Positions 1 to 10,288 are shown, counted from the first letter of the stretch. The stretch: DNA of 64,000 nucleotides from an uncultured Candidatus Binatia bacterium (GCA_965242525.1 OZ251459.1:1280001-1344000); one strand, 5' to 3'. The notes: generated by a model from the sequence alone, not told the origin. Made by a program: numbers and translations.

Positions 1-80
1 GTCCGTCCTTCATGAGTTTTCCTCTCTCTGCCCTTTCTCGTCAGGATCCCGGTCCCGCGGCCATGACCCGGGCGGCCGCG

Positions 81-1031
81 TCACCGTCCCGTCTCCAGCG
101 CCTCCAGGTCGGCGGCGTAGTCGCGCAGCGCCGAGCCCAGTGTGAACCGGGGCTCCCAGCCCAGGTACCGCCTGGCCCGGGTGATGTCGAGGGGTTGCTT
201 CGCCCCTTCGCGCGGAGACCCGTCCGGCGCCACCTCGACCTCCAGCCCCGGGTAGATGGCCCTTGCCTCGGCCAGCAACTCGTCGAAGGTGGTCACCACA
301 CCGACGCCCACGTTGAACACGTTCACCGGGGGCACGGGCGCGGTGGCCGCCAGGTCCACCGCCCGACCCGCGTCCTTGGCGTAGATGCGCTCCAGCGGCC
401 TCGTCTGGCGCCGGGCGATGCGGGCCACTTTTCCCTGCCGGCCGCAGGTGAGCAACTCATGGGTGACGGCGCCGCTCTCGGCCCCTCCCTGGAAATGGCC
501 CAGGCCGAACACGTGGGCCAGCCGCACCACCATGAGCTCGAAGCCGTGGATCCCCTGGTAGGCCTCCAGCACCAGTTCCTGGACCGCCTTGGAGTTGCCG
601 TAGGCGGTGCTGTCGCCCCGCTGGAGGGTCTCGGCCACCGGCCCCGGCCCTTCCCGCGCACGGTCATAGACGCTCAGGGTGCTCACGTGCACCACCCGCC
701 GGACCCCGGTCAACCGCGCGGCCTCGGCCACGTTGACGGTCCCCTGGACGTTGACGTGGAAGGCCCAGTAGCCCTCCCGGGCCACGCGCCCGGCAATGAT
801 GGCCGCGGTGTGGAGCACCGTATCCACGCCGTAGGCCCGGATGGCGCCGACGAGCGCCGGCAGGTCCAGCACGTCTCCCCGGAGCGACACGTGGCCCGCG
901 GACCCGAGCTTGCGCTCCAGGAAGTCGTCCCTGGGGGCGTAGTCGAAGAACACCAGGCGCTCGCCCCGCGCCGCGGCGAAGGCCCCGAACGAAGCGCCGA
1001 TGAGTCCGCTGCCGGTGATGAGGGTCGTCAT
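81..1031 (-). CDS. NAD-dependent epimerase/dehydratase (extended SDR)
   Basis: N-terminal TGSGLIG Rossmann motif, HTAA, VST and catalytic YGNSK (YxxxK). Confidence 0.9.
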   Translation of the reverse strand: MTTLITGSGLIGASFGAFAAARGERLVFFDYAPRDDFLERKLGSAGHVSLRGDVLDLPALVGAIRAYGVDTVLHTAAIIAGRVAREGYWAFHVNVQGTVNVAEAARLTGVRRVVHVSTLSVYDRAREGPGPVAETLQRGDSTAYGNSKAVQELVLEAYQGIHGFELMVVRLAHVFGLGHFQGGAESGAVTHELLTCGRQGKVARIARRQTRPLERIYAKDAGRAVDLAATAPVPPVNVFNVGVGVVTTFDELLAEARAIYPGLEVEVAPDGSPREGAKQPLDITRARRYLGWEPRFTLGSALRDYAADLEALETGR

Positions 1032-1186
1032 GGCGGCAATCTAGCACGGACGCCGCGGGGTTGGGAACATGCGGAGGCCGCCCGGAATCACCGACGAGGC
1101 GCAAGCAGTTTGTTCATGGAGGTTGCCATGCTACGTTTGGCCACATGCACGGAGCGGTTTCCGGAAGAACGAGCCGCCCGGGCGTT

Positions 1187-3352
1187 ATGGGGTCCGCTCC
1201 CCCCGGACCCGGGACCGGGCGCAGGCCTGAACGCCTCACCCTGTCGTTGCTGCTTCTCGCACTGTCCATGTTGTTCCTGTGCGGCATGGACAAGGGATAT
1301 TTCTACCATCTCCGCGAGCATAACTCGAATACGGGGGGGAACCTTGCCATAGCCGAGAACCTGTCGCCGGACCACCATTTCCGGTTGTTCCGGGCGCGGC
1401 ACCAGGGATCGGGCGACGCTCCGGTCTACCAGATGTACAGCCGCTTTCCCGTCGGCGGTTACGCGCTCATCAAGCTCGCTATCCTCCCCTTCGGAAACGA
1501 CCTGTCCGCCAGGATGCTCGCCGCCCGCATGCTCATGTTGCTGTTGTTCAGCGGCGCTGCGGTCCTGGCCTTCCACTCCCTCGCACGGATCACCTCCCAC
1601 CGATGGGTGGCGCTGGCCGCCACCCTCACGGCCTTCTCCTCCTGTTACATGCTGTTCTACAGCGACGGGGTTTCCGTGGAGTACAGCGTGGACCTGTTCG
1701 CGGTCCTGCTGGTGTTCCACGGCATGGTGGTGTTCGTGCAGGAGGGACGGTTCCGGCAGTTGCTGGCCAGGACCTGCGTTGCGCTGCTGCTGGGGTGGCA
1801 TGCGTATGCCTTCCTGCTGCCGTTCTTCATCCTGGGCCTGGGGAGCGAGGCGGTCCGGGCGTGGAAGGACGGGACCGTGCCGTGGCCGCGTGTGCGCTCG
1901 GTGGGGGCGGCGGTGCTGCGCAGTCGCTACGCGGCCCTTGGCTTGGCCGCGCTGCTGTTCGGCATGGCCGTCCTGGGCTTCAACTTCGCCAACGAGTATG
2001 CCGCGTTCGGAGGCGAGATCGCGGTGGCCGAACTGCCGTCAGTCCAGGCCATGCTCAGGCGGACCGGACTGAACCGGGCCTTCGAAGCCCATGAGTGGTG
2101 GCTGCGCTTCCTGCGACAGCAGTTCTTCCGTGTCTGCCTGGCGTCCGTTCCATTGGCGCTGACCGACTGGGGAGCCGGTTTGCTGGAGCCGTTTCTCTCG
2201 GTCCACCTTTCGGCGTCAGGCATTTCGGGGCCGAAATCGTCGGTTTACCTCCTGTTCCTCCTGTTGTTGCTGATGGCGGTGCTCGCCTCCACGGTCGTGG
2301 TTCGGCTTGCGAGGTCGCTGTTGTCGGGGCGGTCCCGTATGCTGCTGGCCACCCTTGCCCTGTCGGGGTTCTTCTGGACCCTTCCCATGCGCCATAACGC
2401 ATACCACGCCCACGAGGCCCTGTACTACGTGGGCGTCCCGCTGGTGTTCTACTCAATGCTCCTGCTGTACGTGCACAAGCGATGGGGTCGTGGACCCGTA
2501 GTCGGCCTTGCCGTTGCGGCGGTGCTCGCCTTCGCGGTCTCCGCCTTCCAGATGGATCAACGATGGCGCCCTCGCCCCCGAGCGGTCGAATTCCTGCAGG
2601 CCGCCATGTCCGAACTCGGGGCCATTCGCGAAACCACCCGGGGAAAGGTGGTCCTGCTCCTTGGCTCCGTCAAGCCGGAATGGTCCTGGCAGCTCACACA
2701 CGAGAGACACGAATGGAAATACCTTCTCGCCGGAAGCGTCTTGGCCTACCCCTTCCACACGGAAGTCCCCATGAGATACTATCCCCCCGGATATCTCCCC
2801 AGAAGCCTGTTGACGCACTTCCCGGACATGGAAGACGCCGCCCGCGCCGCGGACTTCCTCCTCACCTTCGACCGCGTCGAGAGCGACGCCCTGCTCACGC
2901 CCGGGAACGAACGGGTGTTCCTGTATGATTCGGCCGGTATGGACGATTTGACAGGGTTCTACCGGGCCGCGTACCAACGGGTGGTGTCGGGAGACCCTGC
3001 GGCCCGCTCCGACTTCGACGTTTATCTCGATGACGGCGCGCTGTTCCACGTCAAGGCTCCCTGCGTCCAGGAGGATGCGGGATATGTGACCTCCGTGCAT
3101 GTGGTCCCGGAAGACCGGAAGGACCTGCCCGGATGGCGCAGGCGGTACGGCTTCGAGAAACTTCTCACCCTCTTCCAACACAGTAGCGTGCTGTTCGAGG
3201 GGAAGTGCATGGTTGTTCTCTCGCTTCCCGATTATCCCATCTCCGGCATCAGGACGGGACAGGAGCCATCCCGAAACCCCGGCTGGAAAGGACACCGAGG
3301 CTGGAAAGTCGAGATCGGCAGTCTCCGCCGGCCGGGGGCGCCGCCTCCCTGA
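1187..3352 (+). CDS. Polytopic membrane protein, GT-C (ArnT/PMT-like) glycosyltransferase-like, with C-terminal extracytoplasmic two-Cys domain
   Basis: Many hydrophobic segments; aligns along its length with paralog 10645-12687. Start chosen at ATG 1187 by alignment with the paralog N-terminus (ORF track starts 1061). Function is inferred. Confidence 0.7.
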   Translation: MGSAPPGPGTGRRPERLTLSLLLLALSMLFLCGMDKGYFYHLREHNSNTGGNLAIAENLSPDHHFRLFRARHQGSGDAPVYQMYSRFPVGGYALIKLAILPFGNDLSARMLAARMLMLLLFSGAAVLAFHSLARITSHRWVALAATLTAFSSCYMLFYSDGVSVEYSVDLFAVLLVFHGMVVFVQEGRFRQLLARTCVALLLGWHAYAFLLPFFILGLGSEAVRAWKDGTVPWPRVRSVGAAVLRSRYAALGLAALLFGMAVLGFNFANEYAAFGGEIAVAELPSVQAMLRRTGLNRAFEAHEWWLRFLRQQFFRVCLASVPLALTDWGAGLLEPFLSVHLSASGISGPKSSVYLLFLLLLLMAVLASTVVVRLARSLLSGRSRMLLATLALSGFFWTLPMRHNAYHAHEALYYVGVPLVFYSMLLLYVHKRWGRGPVVGLAVAAVLAFAVSAFQMDQRWRPRPRAVEFLQAAMSELGAIRETTRGKVVLLLGSVKPEWSWQLTHERHEWKYLLAGSVLAYPFHTEVPMRYYPPGYLPRSLLTHFPDMEDAARAADFLLTFDRVESDALLTPGNERVFLYDSAGMDDLTGFYRAAYQRVVSGDPAARSDFDVYLDDGALFHVKAPCVQEDAGYVTSVHVVPEDRKDLPGWRRRYGFEKLLTLFQHSSVLFEGKCMVVLSLPDYPISGIRTGQEPSRNPGWKGHRGWKVEIGSLRRPGAPPP

Positions 3353-3422
3353 CGGATTGGATTGCTTCCCTCCCGCGGGGGCCGGCGTGCGGGAGTCGGA
3401 ACAGGGGCGGCGCAAGCCCGGT

Positions 3423-4538
3423 TCAACCGACGCCGTAGAGCCTCGCGCAGTTGTCCCACAGGATCTTCCTGAGGGAGCCCTCGGCCAGCCCCGGAGTCGC
3501 CATGAACTCCTCCACCGCATGGGGGTAGTGGGCGTCGATGTGCGGATAGTCGGTGGAGATGACGATGTTGTCGTCTCCCAGCCGCGAGATGACGTCGGTG
3601 ACCAAGTACTCGTCCACGTCCACGGATATGTAGCACTGGTCCAGGAAGTACTGGCTGGGTTTCCGGGACAGGGGTACGTCCGTGAGGGCGCCGTGGAGCT
3701 CCGCCCTTTCGTCCAGGCGGTACAGCAGCCAGGGGAGCCATGCGCAGTTCCCCTCGAGGAAGGCCACTTTCAGGGTGGGGAACTTCTCCAGCACGCCGCC
3801 CCCGCAGAACGCGGACACCGCCAGTTGCAACTCGATGGGGTTGCGCAGCGCCATGGCGATGACGCCGGAGTTGGGATGGCCGTGGAACTCCCGCGCCACC
3901 TGCCGCTGCCTGGGGTTTGCCGGGGGGTGGAAGCACAACGGCACCTTCAGCCGGTCGATCTCCGCCCATAGAGGGTCGAAGCAGCGGTCGTGGACGCGCT
4001 GTCCGTTGACCGGTTCCGGGCATACGGAGAGGCCCACCACCCCCAACTCCGTCACCGCCCGCCGGGCCTCGTCCACGGCCAAGTCCACGTCGTGCAGCGT
4101 CAGCAACCCCGACGCCTTCATGCGCTCGGGCCGCTCCTTGCAGAAGTCCGCGATCCAGTCGTTCCACGCCCGGCACAGGTCGTTGGCGTACTCGGGCTCG
4201 AAGCCGTCGTCGCAATGGAGCGGGGAGGTGCGGAACATGACGGCCACGTCCAGCCCCTCGTCGTCCATGGCCACCACCTGCGACGGCGCGTCGTAGCCGT
4301 GCTCCAGGGCATAGGCATAGCGGTCCGCCACCTGGTCCTCGCCGTGCTCCAGCAGCTTCTCCCGCGGCCGCAGCACTTGGCCGTTGCCCAGGTTGAACTC
4401 GATGCGCCCATGCTTGGTGCGAGCCCTGCCCACGGGGATGCGCTCCCCCCACCTGGGGTTCATGTATTTCTGGTAGAGGTCCTGGGCGTCATACACGTGC
4501 ATGTCGCTGTCGAACACCCGATACCCGTTCCTGGCCAT
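3423..4538 (-). CDS. Amidohydrolase family (Amidohydro_2) metal-dependent hydrolase/decarboxylase
   Basis: DSDMHV metal motif, FHP, FLEGNCAW, STDYPH; purine-rich RBS upstream of ATG 4538. Confidence 0.9.
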   Translation of the reverse strand: MARNGYRVFDSDMHVYDAQDLYQKYMNPRWGERIPVGRARTKHGRIEFNLGNGQVLRPREKLLEHGEDQVADRYAYALEHGYDAPSQVVAMDDEGLDVAVMFRTSPLHCDDGFEPEYANDLCRAWNDWIADFCKERPERMKASGLLTLHDVDLAVDEARRAVTELGVVGLSVCPEPVNGQRVHDRCFDPLWAEIDRLKVPLCFHPPANPRQRQVAREFHGHPNSGVIAMALRNPIELQLAVSAFCGGGVLEKFPTLKVAFLEGNCAWLPWLLYRLDERAELHGALTDVPLSRKPSQYFLDQCYISVDVDEYLVTDVISRLGDDNIVISTDYPHIDAHYPHAVEEFMATPGLAEGSLRKILWDNCARLYGVG

Positions 4539-4572
4539 GCTGCCCTCCCCTTTCCGACGGCGCTCGCGGCCC

Positions 4573-5271
4573 TCAACCGGCCTGCGCCAGACCTGCAAGT
4601 TTCTCGAGTCGCCGGAGCCACTCCCTGAAGTGCGGACACCTGGACCGGATACGCTCCAGGCCGATGGCCTCCGCCATCTGCGAGCCGACCGTCACCTTTG
4701 CGTATTTGTATTCGGGAAGTTGCTCGATGATCCTCTTCGACGGAGCCGTATGTGGCCCGTCATTGATCTCTTCCGGAGACTGTACGCCATCGACTATCTT
4801 CTGCAAGGCAGTAATTCCGGAGTTTGCGTTGTCGAAAAACAAAGCGAACTGGGATACGTCCGTCAACAGGTATGCCTCGAATTCATGTAGCTGAATGAAC
4901 GGGATGAAGCGTCGATCCCCTGTCTTGTCGAACCACGATTTCTCCAGTGCATCCGCCCGTTTGTACGGATCGTTTCGCAATTTTTCAGCCTCTTCGTATC
5001 CCGGAAACTTCCTGGGCAGGGCATAAAGATCGATCATCGTGGTGAAAAACACATCTGTCCCCTTCTCCTATTCGAGAAGGCGGTTGATGTCGTTCTGCAT
5101 CGCCACGGGGTTTCTTCCGCCCCCTCGGTGAATTCTTCCTTTCTTCCGGGTATGTGCAATCAATGTCGGCTTCTGCATGTAGACGCCCAAATGAGCCAAG
5201 TGTCGCTTCAGGACGACATCGGCGAAAGTCCGTTCTGTCAGACCTTCGACGAAGAGATACAGACGAGCCAT
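4573..5271 (-). pseudogene. DUF4276 (TOPRIM-like) protein interrupted by an in-frame TAG at 5068-5070
   Basis: MARLYLFVEGLTE...INRLLE-TAG-EKGTDVFFTTMIDLYALP...HEFEAYLL...PEEINDG..TAPSKRI...CPHF is a single frame; ATG overlaps the ATPase stop (TGATG). Confidence 0.8.
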
Positions 5272-6371
5272 CAGTGAGGTCCAGCCCCGATGATGTTCTT
5301 CTCCCAGATCTCCCCGAGCGAATAGTCCGCCAGCCATTCGTTGAGCTTTCCGGCATCCGGTCTGCCGAACTCCGTAGCTTCATCGTCATTTCGTTCTACG
5401 ACGACGATGTCCTCCGGCTCGCAGCTATCGACGAAAGCAGTGGATTGGGTGCCGAGCAGAACCTGCGTGTGTTGACTCGCGACGCGAAACAGCGAGGCGA
5501 CGACTTCGAGGGCATAGGGATGCAGTCCGAGTTCCGGTTCGTCCACAACGATCAGGCTGGGCAACCGGTGGCTGGGCAGCAACAGCAGCGAGATCAGGCA
5601 GATGGCCCGTAGCGTGCCGTCCGAAAGCTGATGCGGACCGAGTACGAGGTCCGACCCGCGATGCCGCCAATTGAGGATGATGTCTCTGGAGTCCGGCTCC
5701 AGGACGAAGTCCTCGAAGAACGGCGCCACCTGCCTTACCGTGGCGACGATGCGCCGATAGGCTGGTTGTCCGGAGGATTTCAGATCGTACAGGATGGGCG
5801 CCAAGTTCGCCGCGTCGGGCATGAGCCAAGAGTTGTGATCGACGTAGCAATATTGAAGGAGCCGCGCGGACGGCGACGTGTCGTGAAAATGGTAAACGCG
5901 GCAGTTGTTCAGCAGGTACGTCAGGTTCTTGGCCGTGACGTCGCCTTCTTCGACCTTGTCCTTGATCCGTGTTTCCTCATGACCGGCCCCCAACTGTACG
6001 ACTTTCGGCGTCGTGTAGCCTGTCTGGTGGAAGGAGATTTTTTCTTCAGCGAAAACCAGCGAATCCCCAGCGGCGTGGAAGAGTCTCATCCGATAGGTGT
6101 TGGTCCCGTTGTCGACGTCGAATTCCAGTTTCGCTTCCAACTGAGGGGTCTTCTTGGGACCGAAGTGCAGGTTCGCGGCGGCCCGACCGGTAGCGGCGAC
6201 GTATTGCTGAAGGCGTCCGCCCATCAGCTCGTTCATCAGCTTGAAGAACGCGATGAGATTACTCTTGCCGGCCCCGTTGGCGCCGATCAGGACGTTCAAC
6301 GGTCGGATCTCCAAGGCCGTCTCCCTGATGGAGCGGAAGCCCCTGATCGTAACCTTCCTCAGCCTCGACAT
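5271..6371 (-). CDS. ABC-type ATPase (AAA_21/AAA_15, COG4637-like), partner of DUF4276; predicted conflict/defence module
   Basis: Walker A GANGAGKS, signature LSDGT, Walker B IVVDEPELGLHP; visibly lower GC than flanks. Confidence 0.88.
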   Translation of the reverse strand: MSRLRKVTIRGFRSIRETALEIRPLNVLIGANGAGKSNLIAFFKLMNELMGGRLQQYVAATGRAAANLHFGPKKTPQLEAKLEFDVDNGTNTYRMRLFHAAGDSLVFAEEKISFHQTGYTTPKVVQLGAGHEETRIKDKVEEGDVTAKNLTYLLNNCRVYHFHDTSPSARLLQYCYVDHNSWLMPDAANLAPILYDLKSSGQPAYRRIVATVRQVAPFFEDFVLEPDSRDIILNWRHRGSDLVLGPHQLSDGTLRAICLISLLLLPSHRLPSLIVVDEPELGLHPYALEVVASLFRVASQHTQVLLGTQSTAFVDSCEPEDIVVVERNDDEATEFGRPDAGKLNEWLADYSLGEIWEKNIIGAGPH

Positions 6372-6442
6372 ACCGACCCCGTATCCCGTTTCGTCAGCGC
6401 CATGCCGGGTCCCTTGCCGTCATGCGCCTGTGCGGCTCCTCC

Positions 6443-7816
6443 TCAGCCGTTCTCCGTCAAAAAATAGCCGCCCGTGACCGCGTCATGCCAGGTCTTGGCC
6501 GCGACCGGGGCGACGCCCAGGGGCAGGTCGGCCTCCGGTTTCCAGTAGGAGTGGACGCCGGCCTGGAAGTGGACCAGGGCGGTCCTGGGCGGCGGGTCCA
6601 TGCGGGCGTACATGGGCATCACCAGGCTCCGGTAGGTGGCGGCGTCGTGGTCCCGGCTGTCCTTGGTGACGCAGAAGAGGACCGGCGGCACCGGCTTGAC
6701 GCCGGGGCCTCGAAGCTCGCGTCCGTAACCGAGGTAACGCTGCACCAGCGCCCGGGTCTCCTCCGGGTCCAGGCCCATGCGCCGGGCCGAGACCCGGGCG
6801 GCTTCTTCCAGGGACGGCTCGATGTTGGTGCTGACCACGTACTCGCACTTGAACTGGGGCCGGGCCCGGGCCGCCTCCCACGCCTCCATCACCTCCTCGA
6901 TGACCAGCGGCAGCCGCATCAGCGCCACCGGCCCCTCCTGGCCCAGCTTCTCCGGTCCGATGTAGCGCGCCTTGTCGCGCCAAGTGCGGATGTAGAGCTC
7001 GTGGAACGGGTCCACCCGCCGGGTCTCGGTCACCTTCCGGGCGTAGTCGCCGATGGCCCCCAGGGAGCCGATCTCCGCCAGCTTGGCCTCGTTGACGTAG
7101 CCGAAGGCCGAGTTCTCGATGGCCACCACGCCCGCGACGTTGGGCACGCGCTGGGACAGCATGAAGACGAAGGGGCCGCCGGTGGAGTGGCCGTGGACGT
7201 AGATGGAATACTCCCCTTCCGGCAGGTTGCGCGCCATCACCTGCTTGCCGCCCTCCTCGAAGGCCGCGGGCCAGCCCGCCATGCGATGCCAGAACGTGGT
7301 GTCCGGTTTGGCGTGGAGCACCGTGCGGGTGCCGTAGCGTTCGCGGATGGAGTGGTCCTCCACCGCCTCGTACTGGTCCGGGGTGATGTGCTCGCCGCTG
7401 AGCCAGATGGGGGTGCGGACGGCGCCGTCCGGGCCGATGGTGTCCCCGGGCCAGTCCCGCGACGGATGGTCCAGGTAGAGCCGGCCCGGATAGGTCATGG
7501 TGGCCACCTTGAAGCCGAACTTGCCGGCCAGGAGCCGCGCCATGGGCGCCATGGTCTTGAAGTCGCCGTCGCCGCCGGAAAGGAGATAGACGCCCGCCTT
7601 GCGCCCGTCCGCGCCCACGGCCGCCCTTCCGGGGTCCTCGGGCTCGTAGATCTGCGCGCCGATGTCCCAGTCCAGGTCCACCGCGCGGATGCGGAACAGG
7701 TCCTCGTGCTCCCTGAGGGGAACGTCCGGCATGGCCAGCACCGCGCCGGACTCCGCCAGGCACTGCTCGCGCGACACTTCCTCCGGGGGGCTCCATCCTG
7801 CAGTGCGTGTGGTCAT
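6443..7816 (-). CDS. Hypothetical protein, probable alpha/beta-hydrolase fold
   Basis: 457-aa ORF with host-like codon usage; nucleophile-elbow motif GHSTGG; candidate C-terminal Asp/His (DSRDH, GVHSY); GAGGAGG RBS. Confidence 0.65.
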   Translation of the reverse strand: MTTRTAGWSPPEEVSREQCLAESGAVLAMPDVPLREHEDLFRIRAVDLDWDIGAQIYEPEDPGRAAVGADGRKAGVYLLSGGDGDFKTMAPMARLLAGKFGFKVATMTYPGRLYLDHPSRDWPGDTIGPDGAVRTPIWLSGEHITPDQYEAVEDHSIRERYGTRTVLHAKPDTTFWHRMAGWPAAFEEGGKQVMARNLPEGEYSIYVHGHSTGGPFVFMLSQRVPNVAGVVAIENSAFGYVNEAKLAEIGSLGAIGDYARKVTETRRVDPFHELYIRTWRDKARYIGPEKLGQEGPVALMRLPLVIEEVMEAWEAARARPQFKCEYVVSTNIEPSLEEAARVSARRMGLDPEETRALVQRYLGYGRELRGPGVKPVPPVLFCVTKDSRDHDAATYRSLVMPMYARMDPPPRTALVHFQAGVHSYWKPEADLPLGVAPVAAKTWHDAVTGGYFLTENG

Positions 7817-7843
7817 CGTCGCCTCCTCCGTTCGATCCGTGCG

Positions 7844-8347
7844 TCAGCCGCCGTAGAAGGTCTTCTCCCCCAGGTCCTTGAGCAGGAGCGTGGCGTCGTC
7901 GGGACGGCCGGAGATCTCGGCTCGGACCCCGGCCTCCACCACCTCGCCGACGAAGACGGAATGGTCGCCCTTCTCCACGGTGTCCACGAGCTTGCACTCG
8001 ACGAACGCAGGCGCGTCCGTCAGCACCGGAGCTCCCGTGACCCCGGCCGAGAACGACTGTCCGCCGATGGTGTCCCCTTCCCGCTCCAGCGACTTGAAGA
8101 AGGTGAAGGCCAAACCCTGCTGGTCCTTGCCCAGGACGTTCAGGGCGAAGTTCCCCGATCCCTTGATGATGTCGTGGGCGCCGGAGTCGGCCTTGACTCC
8201 CACCGCCACCAGCGGGGGCGCAAAGGACGCCTGGGTGGCCCAGTTGACGGTGGCCGCGGCCACGCGGCCATCCTTTGCTTCACCGGTCAAGACGTACAAA
8301 CCGTAGGGGATCATGCGAAGCGCGGTCTTCTTGGCGTCTGCGTCCAT
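7844..8347 (-). CDS. Flavin reductase family protein (Flavin_Reduct)
   Basis: IPYGLYVLT, QASFAPPLVAV, FALNVL, GDHSVFVGEV; GAGGAGG RBS before ATG 8347. Confidence 0.92.
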   Translation of the reverse strand: MDADAKKTALRMIPYGLYVLTGEAKDGRVAAATVNWATQASFAPPLVAVGVKADSGAHDIIKGSGNFALNVLGKDQQGLAFTFFKSLEREGDTIGGQSFSAGVTGAPVLTDAPAFVECKLVDTVEKGDHSVFVGEVVEAGVRAEISGRPDDATLLLKDLGEKTFYGG

Positions 8348-8460
8348 TCCGTTCCTCCTCCAGTGGCTGTAGTGGCCGCGCTGCGCCATGCGAACGCGGC
8401 CGTGAGCGGGTGATGAAATGTGAGGGCCAAACTAGCAATTCCGGCATGAACCGTAAAGCC

Positions 8461-8482
8461 GTACGCCAATCGTATGCCAATA
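8461..8482. promoter_or_regulatory. 11-bp-period direct repeat (GTACGCCAATC/GTATGCCAATA) in a divergent promoter region; possible tandem regulator box
   Basis: Seen between the divergent flavin reductase and argC genes; the minus strand also gives a GG-N10-GC sigma54-like spacing (TTGGCATACGATTGGC). Confidence 0.3.
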
Positions 8483-8538
8483 TCGAAAGGAATCTGTTAG
8501 GTTCGAGGGAGGCGCGGAACCACCGCCGCCGGACTGCC

Positions 8539-9498
8539 ATGACGCCCCCCAAAGTCCATATCGACGGCCACGCGGGCACCACGGGACTGCGCATACGCGA
8601 ATGGCTCGCGGGGCGCCGCGACATCGAGACGTCCCTGCTGGACGAGGGCCGGCGCAAGGACCACGCGGCCCGGCGCGGGGCCATGGAGGACTCGGACCTG
8701 ACCATCCTGTGCCTGCCGGACGACGCGGCCCGGGAAGCCGCCGAGTGGGCCCGGGCCTGCGGGACCCGCCTCATCGACGCCAGCACCGCCCACCGGGTCG
8801 CCCGCGGGTGGACCTATGGTCTCCCGGAGCTGGACGCGGCCCGGCGCGATGCCATCCGCGAGGCGCGCTTCGTGGCCAACCCGGGATGTTACCCGTCGGC
8901 GTTCCTCCTCCTGGTCCGGCCGCTGGTGGACGCGGGGCTGCTGCCCCGGGACGCCCCGGTCTCCATCCACGCCCTCTCGGGCTACTCGGGCGGCGGGCGG
9001 GGGCTGATCGAGAAGTGGGAGGGCGCGGACGCGGGCCTGAGCTCCCTGCCCTACGAGGCGCCCTACGCCCTGGGCGCGCGGCACAAGCACATGTCCGAGA
9101 TGACCGCCTACAGCGGCCTCGCCAGCGAACCGCTGTTCGTGCCCGCGGTGGGGCCGTTCCGCTGCGGCATGCGGGTGGAGGTGCCGCTCCATCTCGGCAT
9201 GACGTCCGCGGGGTGCAACGGCGCGGCGGTCCTGGACTGCCTCCGGGAGCGCTACCACGGCGAGCCCTTCGTGCGCGTGCTCCACCACCCGGACCCGCGC
9301 GAGGCCCACGAGCGCAGTTTCGACCCCCGGGCCTGCAACGACACCAACGCCATGGACCTCCACGTGGCGCCCCACCCTTCCGGGCACACGCTGCTGGTGG
9401 CCATCCTCGACAACCTGGGCAAGGGCGCCTGCGGGGCAGCCATACAGAACATGAACCTGATGCTCGGATTCCCCGAGACCGCGCACCTGCCCGGCTGA
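8539..9498 (+). CDS. argC: N-acetyl-gamma-glutamyl-phosphate reductase (type 2 ArgC)
   Basis: IDGHAGTTGLRI, IDASTAHRV, ANPGCY, SGYSGGG, DNLGKGA. Confidence 0.95.
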   Translation: MTPPKVHIDGHAGTTGLRIREWLAGRRDIETSLLDEGRRKDHAARRGAMEDSDLTILCLPDDAAREAAEWARACGTRLIDASTAHRVARGWTYGLPELDAARRDAIREARFVANPGCYPSAFLLLVRPLVDAGLLPRDAPVSIHALSGYSGGGRGLIEKWEGADAGLSSLPYEAPYALGARHKHMSEMTAYSGLASEPLFVPAVGPFRCGMRVEVPLHLGMTSAGCNGAAVLDCLRERYHGEPFVRVLHHPDPREAHERSFDPRACNDTNAMDLHVAPHPSGHTLLVAILDNLGKGACGAAIQNMNLMLGFPETAHLPG

Positions 9499-9532
9499 CC
9501 CGCGGGAGCCCGCGCGGCGCGGACCCGCGGCG

Positions 9533-10288
9533 TCAGGGCTTCCAGTAGGCCGCGGCCCCCTGCCACAGGAGCTTGACCTCCATCACCACGATCAGGCCCA
9601 CGATGACGCGGTTGAACCACTCCTTGCCGATGTAGCGGGTCACCCGCATGCCCAGGGGGAGGAACAGCGCGATGGGAACGAGCGCGAGCACGCCCTGGCC
9701 GAGACGCTGCGCGTCGAACAGCCCCGCGGCCGCCACGAAGAGGAAGTGCATGACGGTCAGGCCCAGGAACATGGCCGATACCGCGAAGATGTAGCCTTCC
9801 TTCTCCAGCCGGAACGCGTGCACCCACGCCGCCACCACCGCGCTGGACATGCCCGCGGCGCCCTGGGAGACCCCCGCCGCCGCGGCGATGAGGGGCGAGA
9901 GCACCCGGCCCAGCCTGCCGGTGAAGCGGATCTCGATGCGGAAGGCCAGGAGCGCCAAGTAGGAACCCACGCACGCCGCCAGCACGAGGTTCAGCACGCG
10001 CTCGTCCGAGGTGGCCAGGAACCACGTGCCCGCGGCGACCCCCACCGCCCCGGACAGGATCGCCCACATGAGGCCGGGAACGCCGTGGACCCCGGAGCGG
10101 TAGGACCACGCCACCCAGAAGTTGCTCACCATGTTGGGGATGGTGATGACGATGACCGCCTGCTGGGCGCCCAGGAAACCCGCCATGATGGGAACCGCGA
10201 TGAGCGGCAGGCCCATGCCCGTGGCTCCCTTGGAGAAGGCGCCCGCGGCCAGCGCGACGAATATGATGGACAGGGTCTCCAGGTGCAT
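9533..10288 (-). CDS. Sulfite exporter TauE/SafE family membrane protein
   Basis: AFSKGATGMGLP motif repeated internally (GVSQGAAGMS); about 8 TM helices. Confidence 0.85.
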   Translation of the reverse strand: MHLETLSIIFVALAAGAFSKGATGMGLPLIAVPIMAGFLGAQQAVIVITIPNMVSNFWVAWSYRSGVHGVPGLMWAILSGAVGVAAGTWFLATSDERVLNLVLAACVGSYLALLAFRIEIRFTGRLGRVLSPLIAAAAGVSQGAAGMSSAVVAAWVHAFRLEKEGYIFAVSAMFLGLTVMHFLFVAAAGLFDAQRLGQGVLALVPIALFLPLGMRVTRYIGKEWFNRVIVGLIVVMEVKLLWQGAAAYWKP

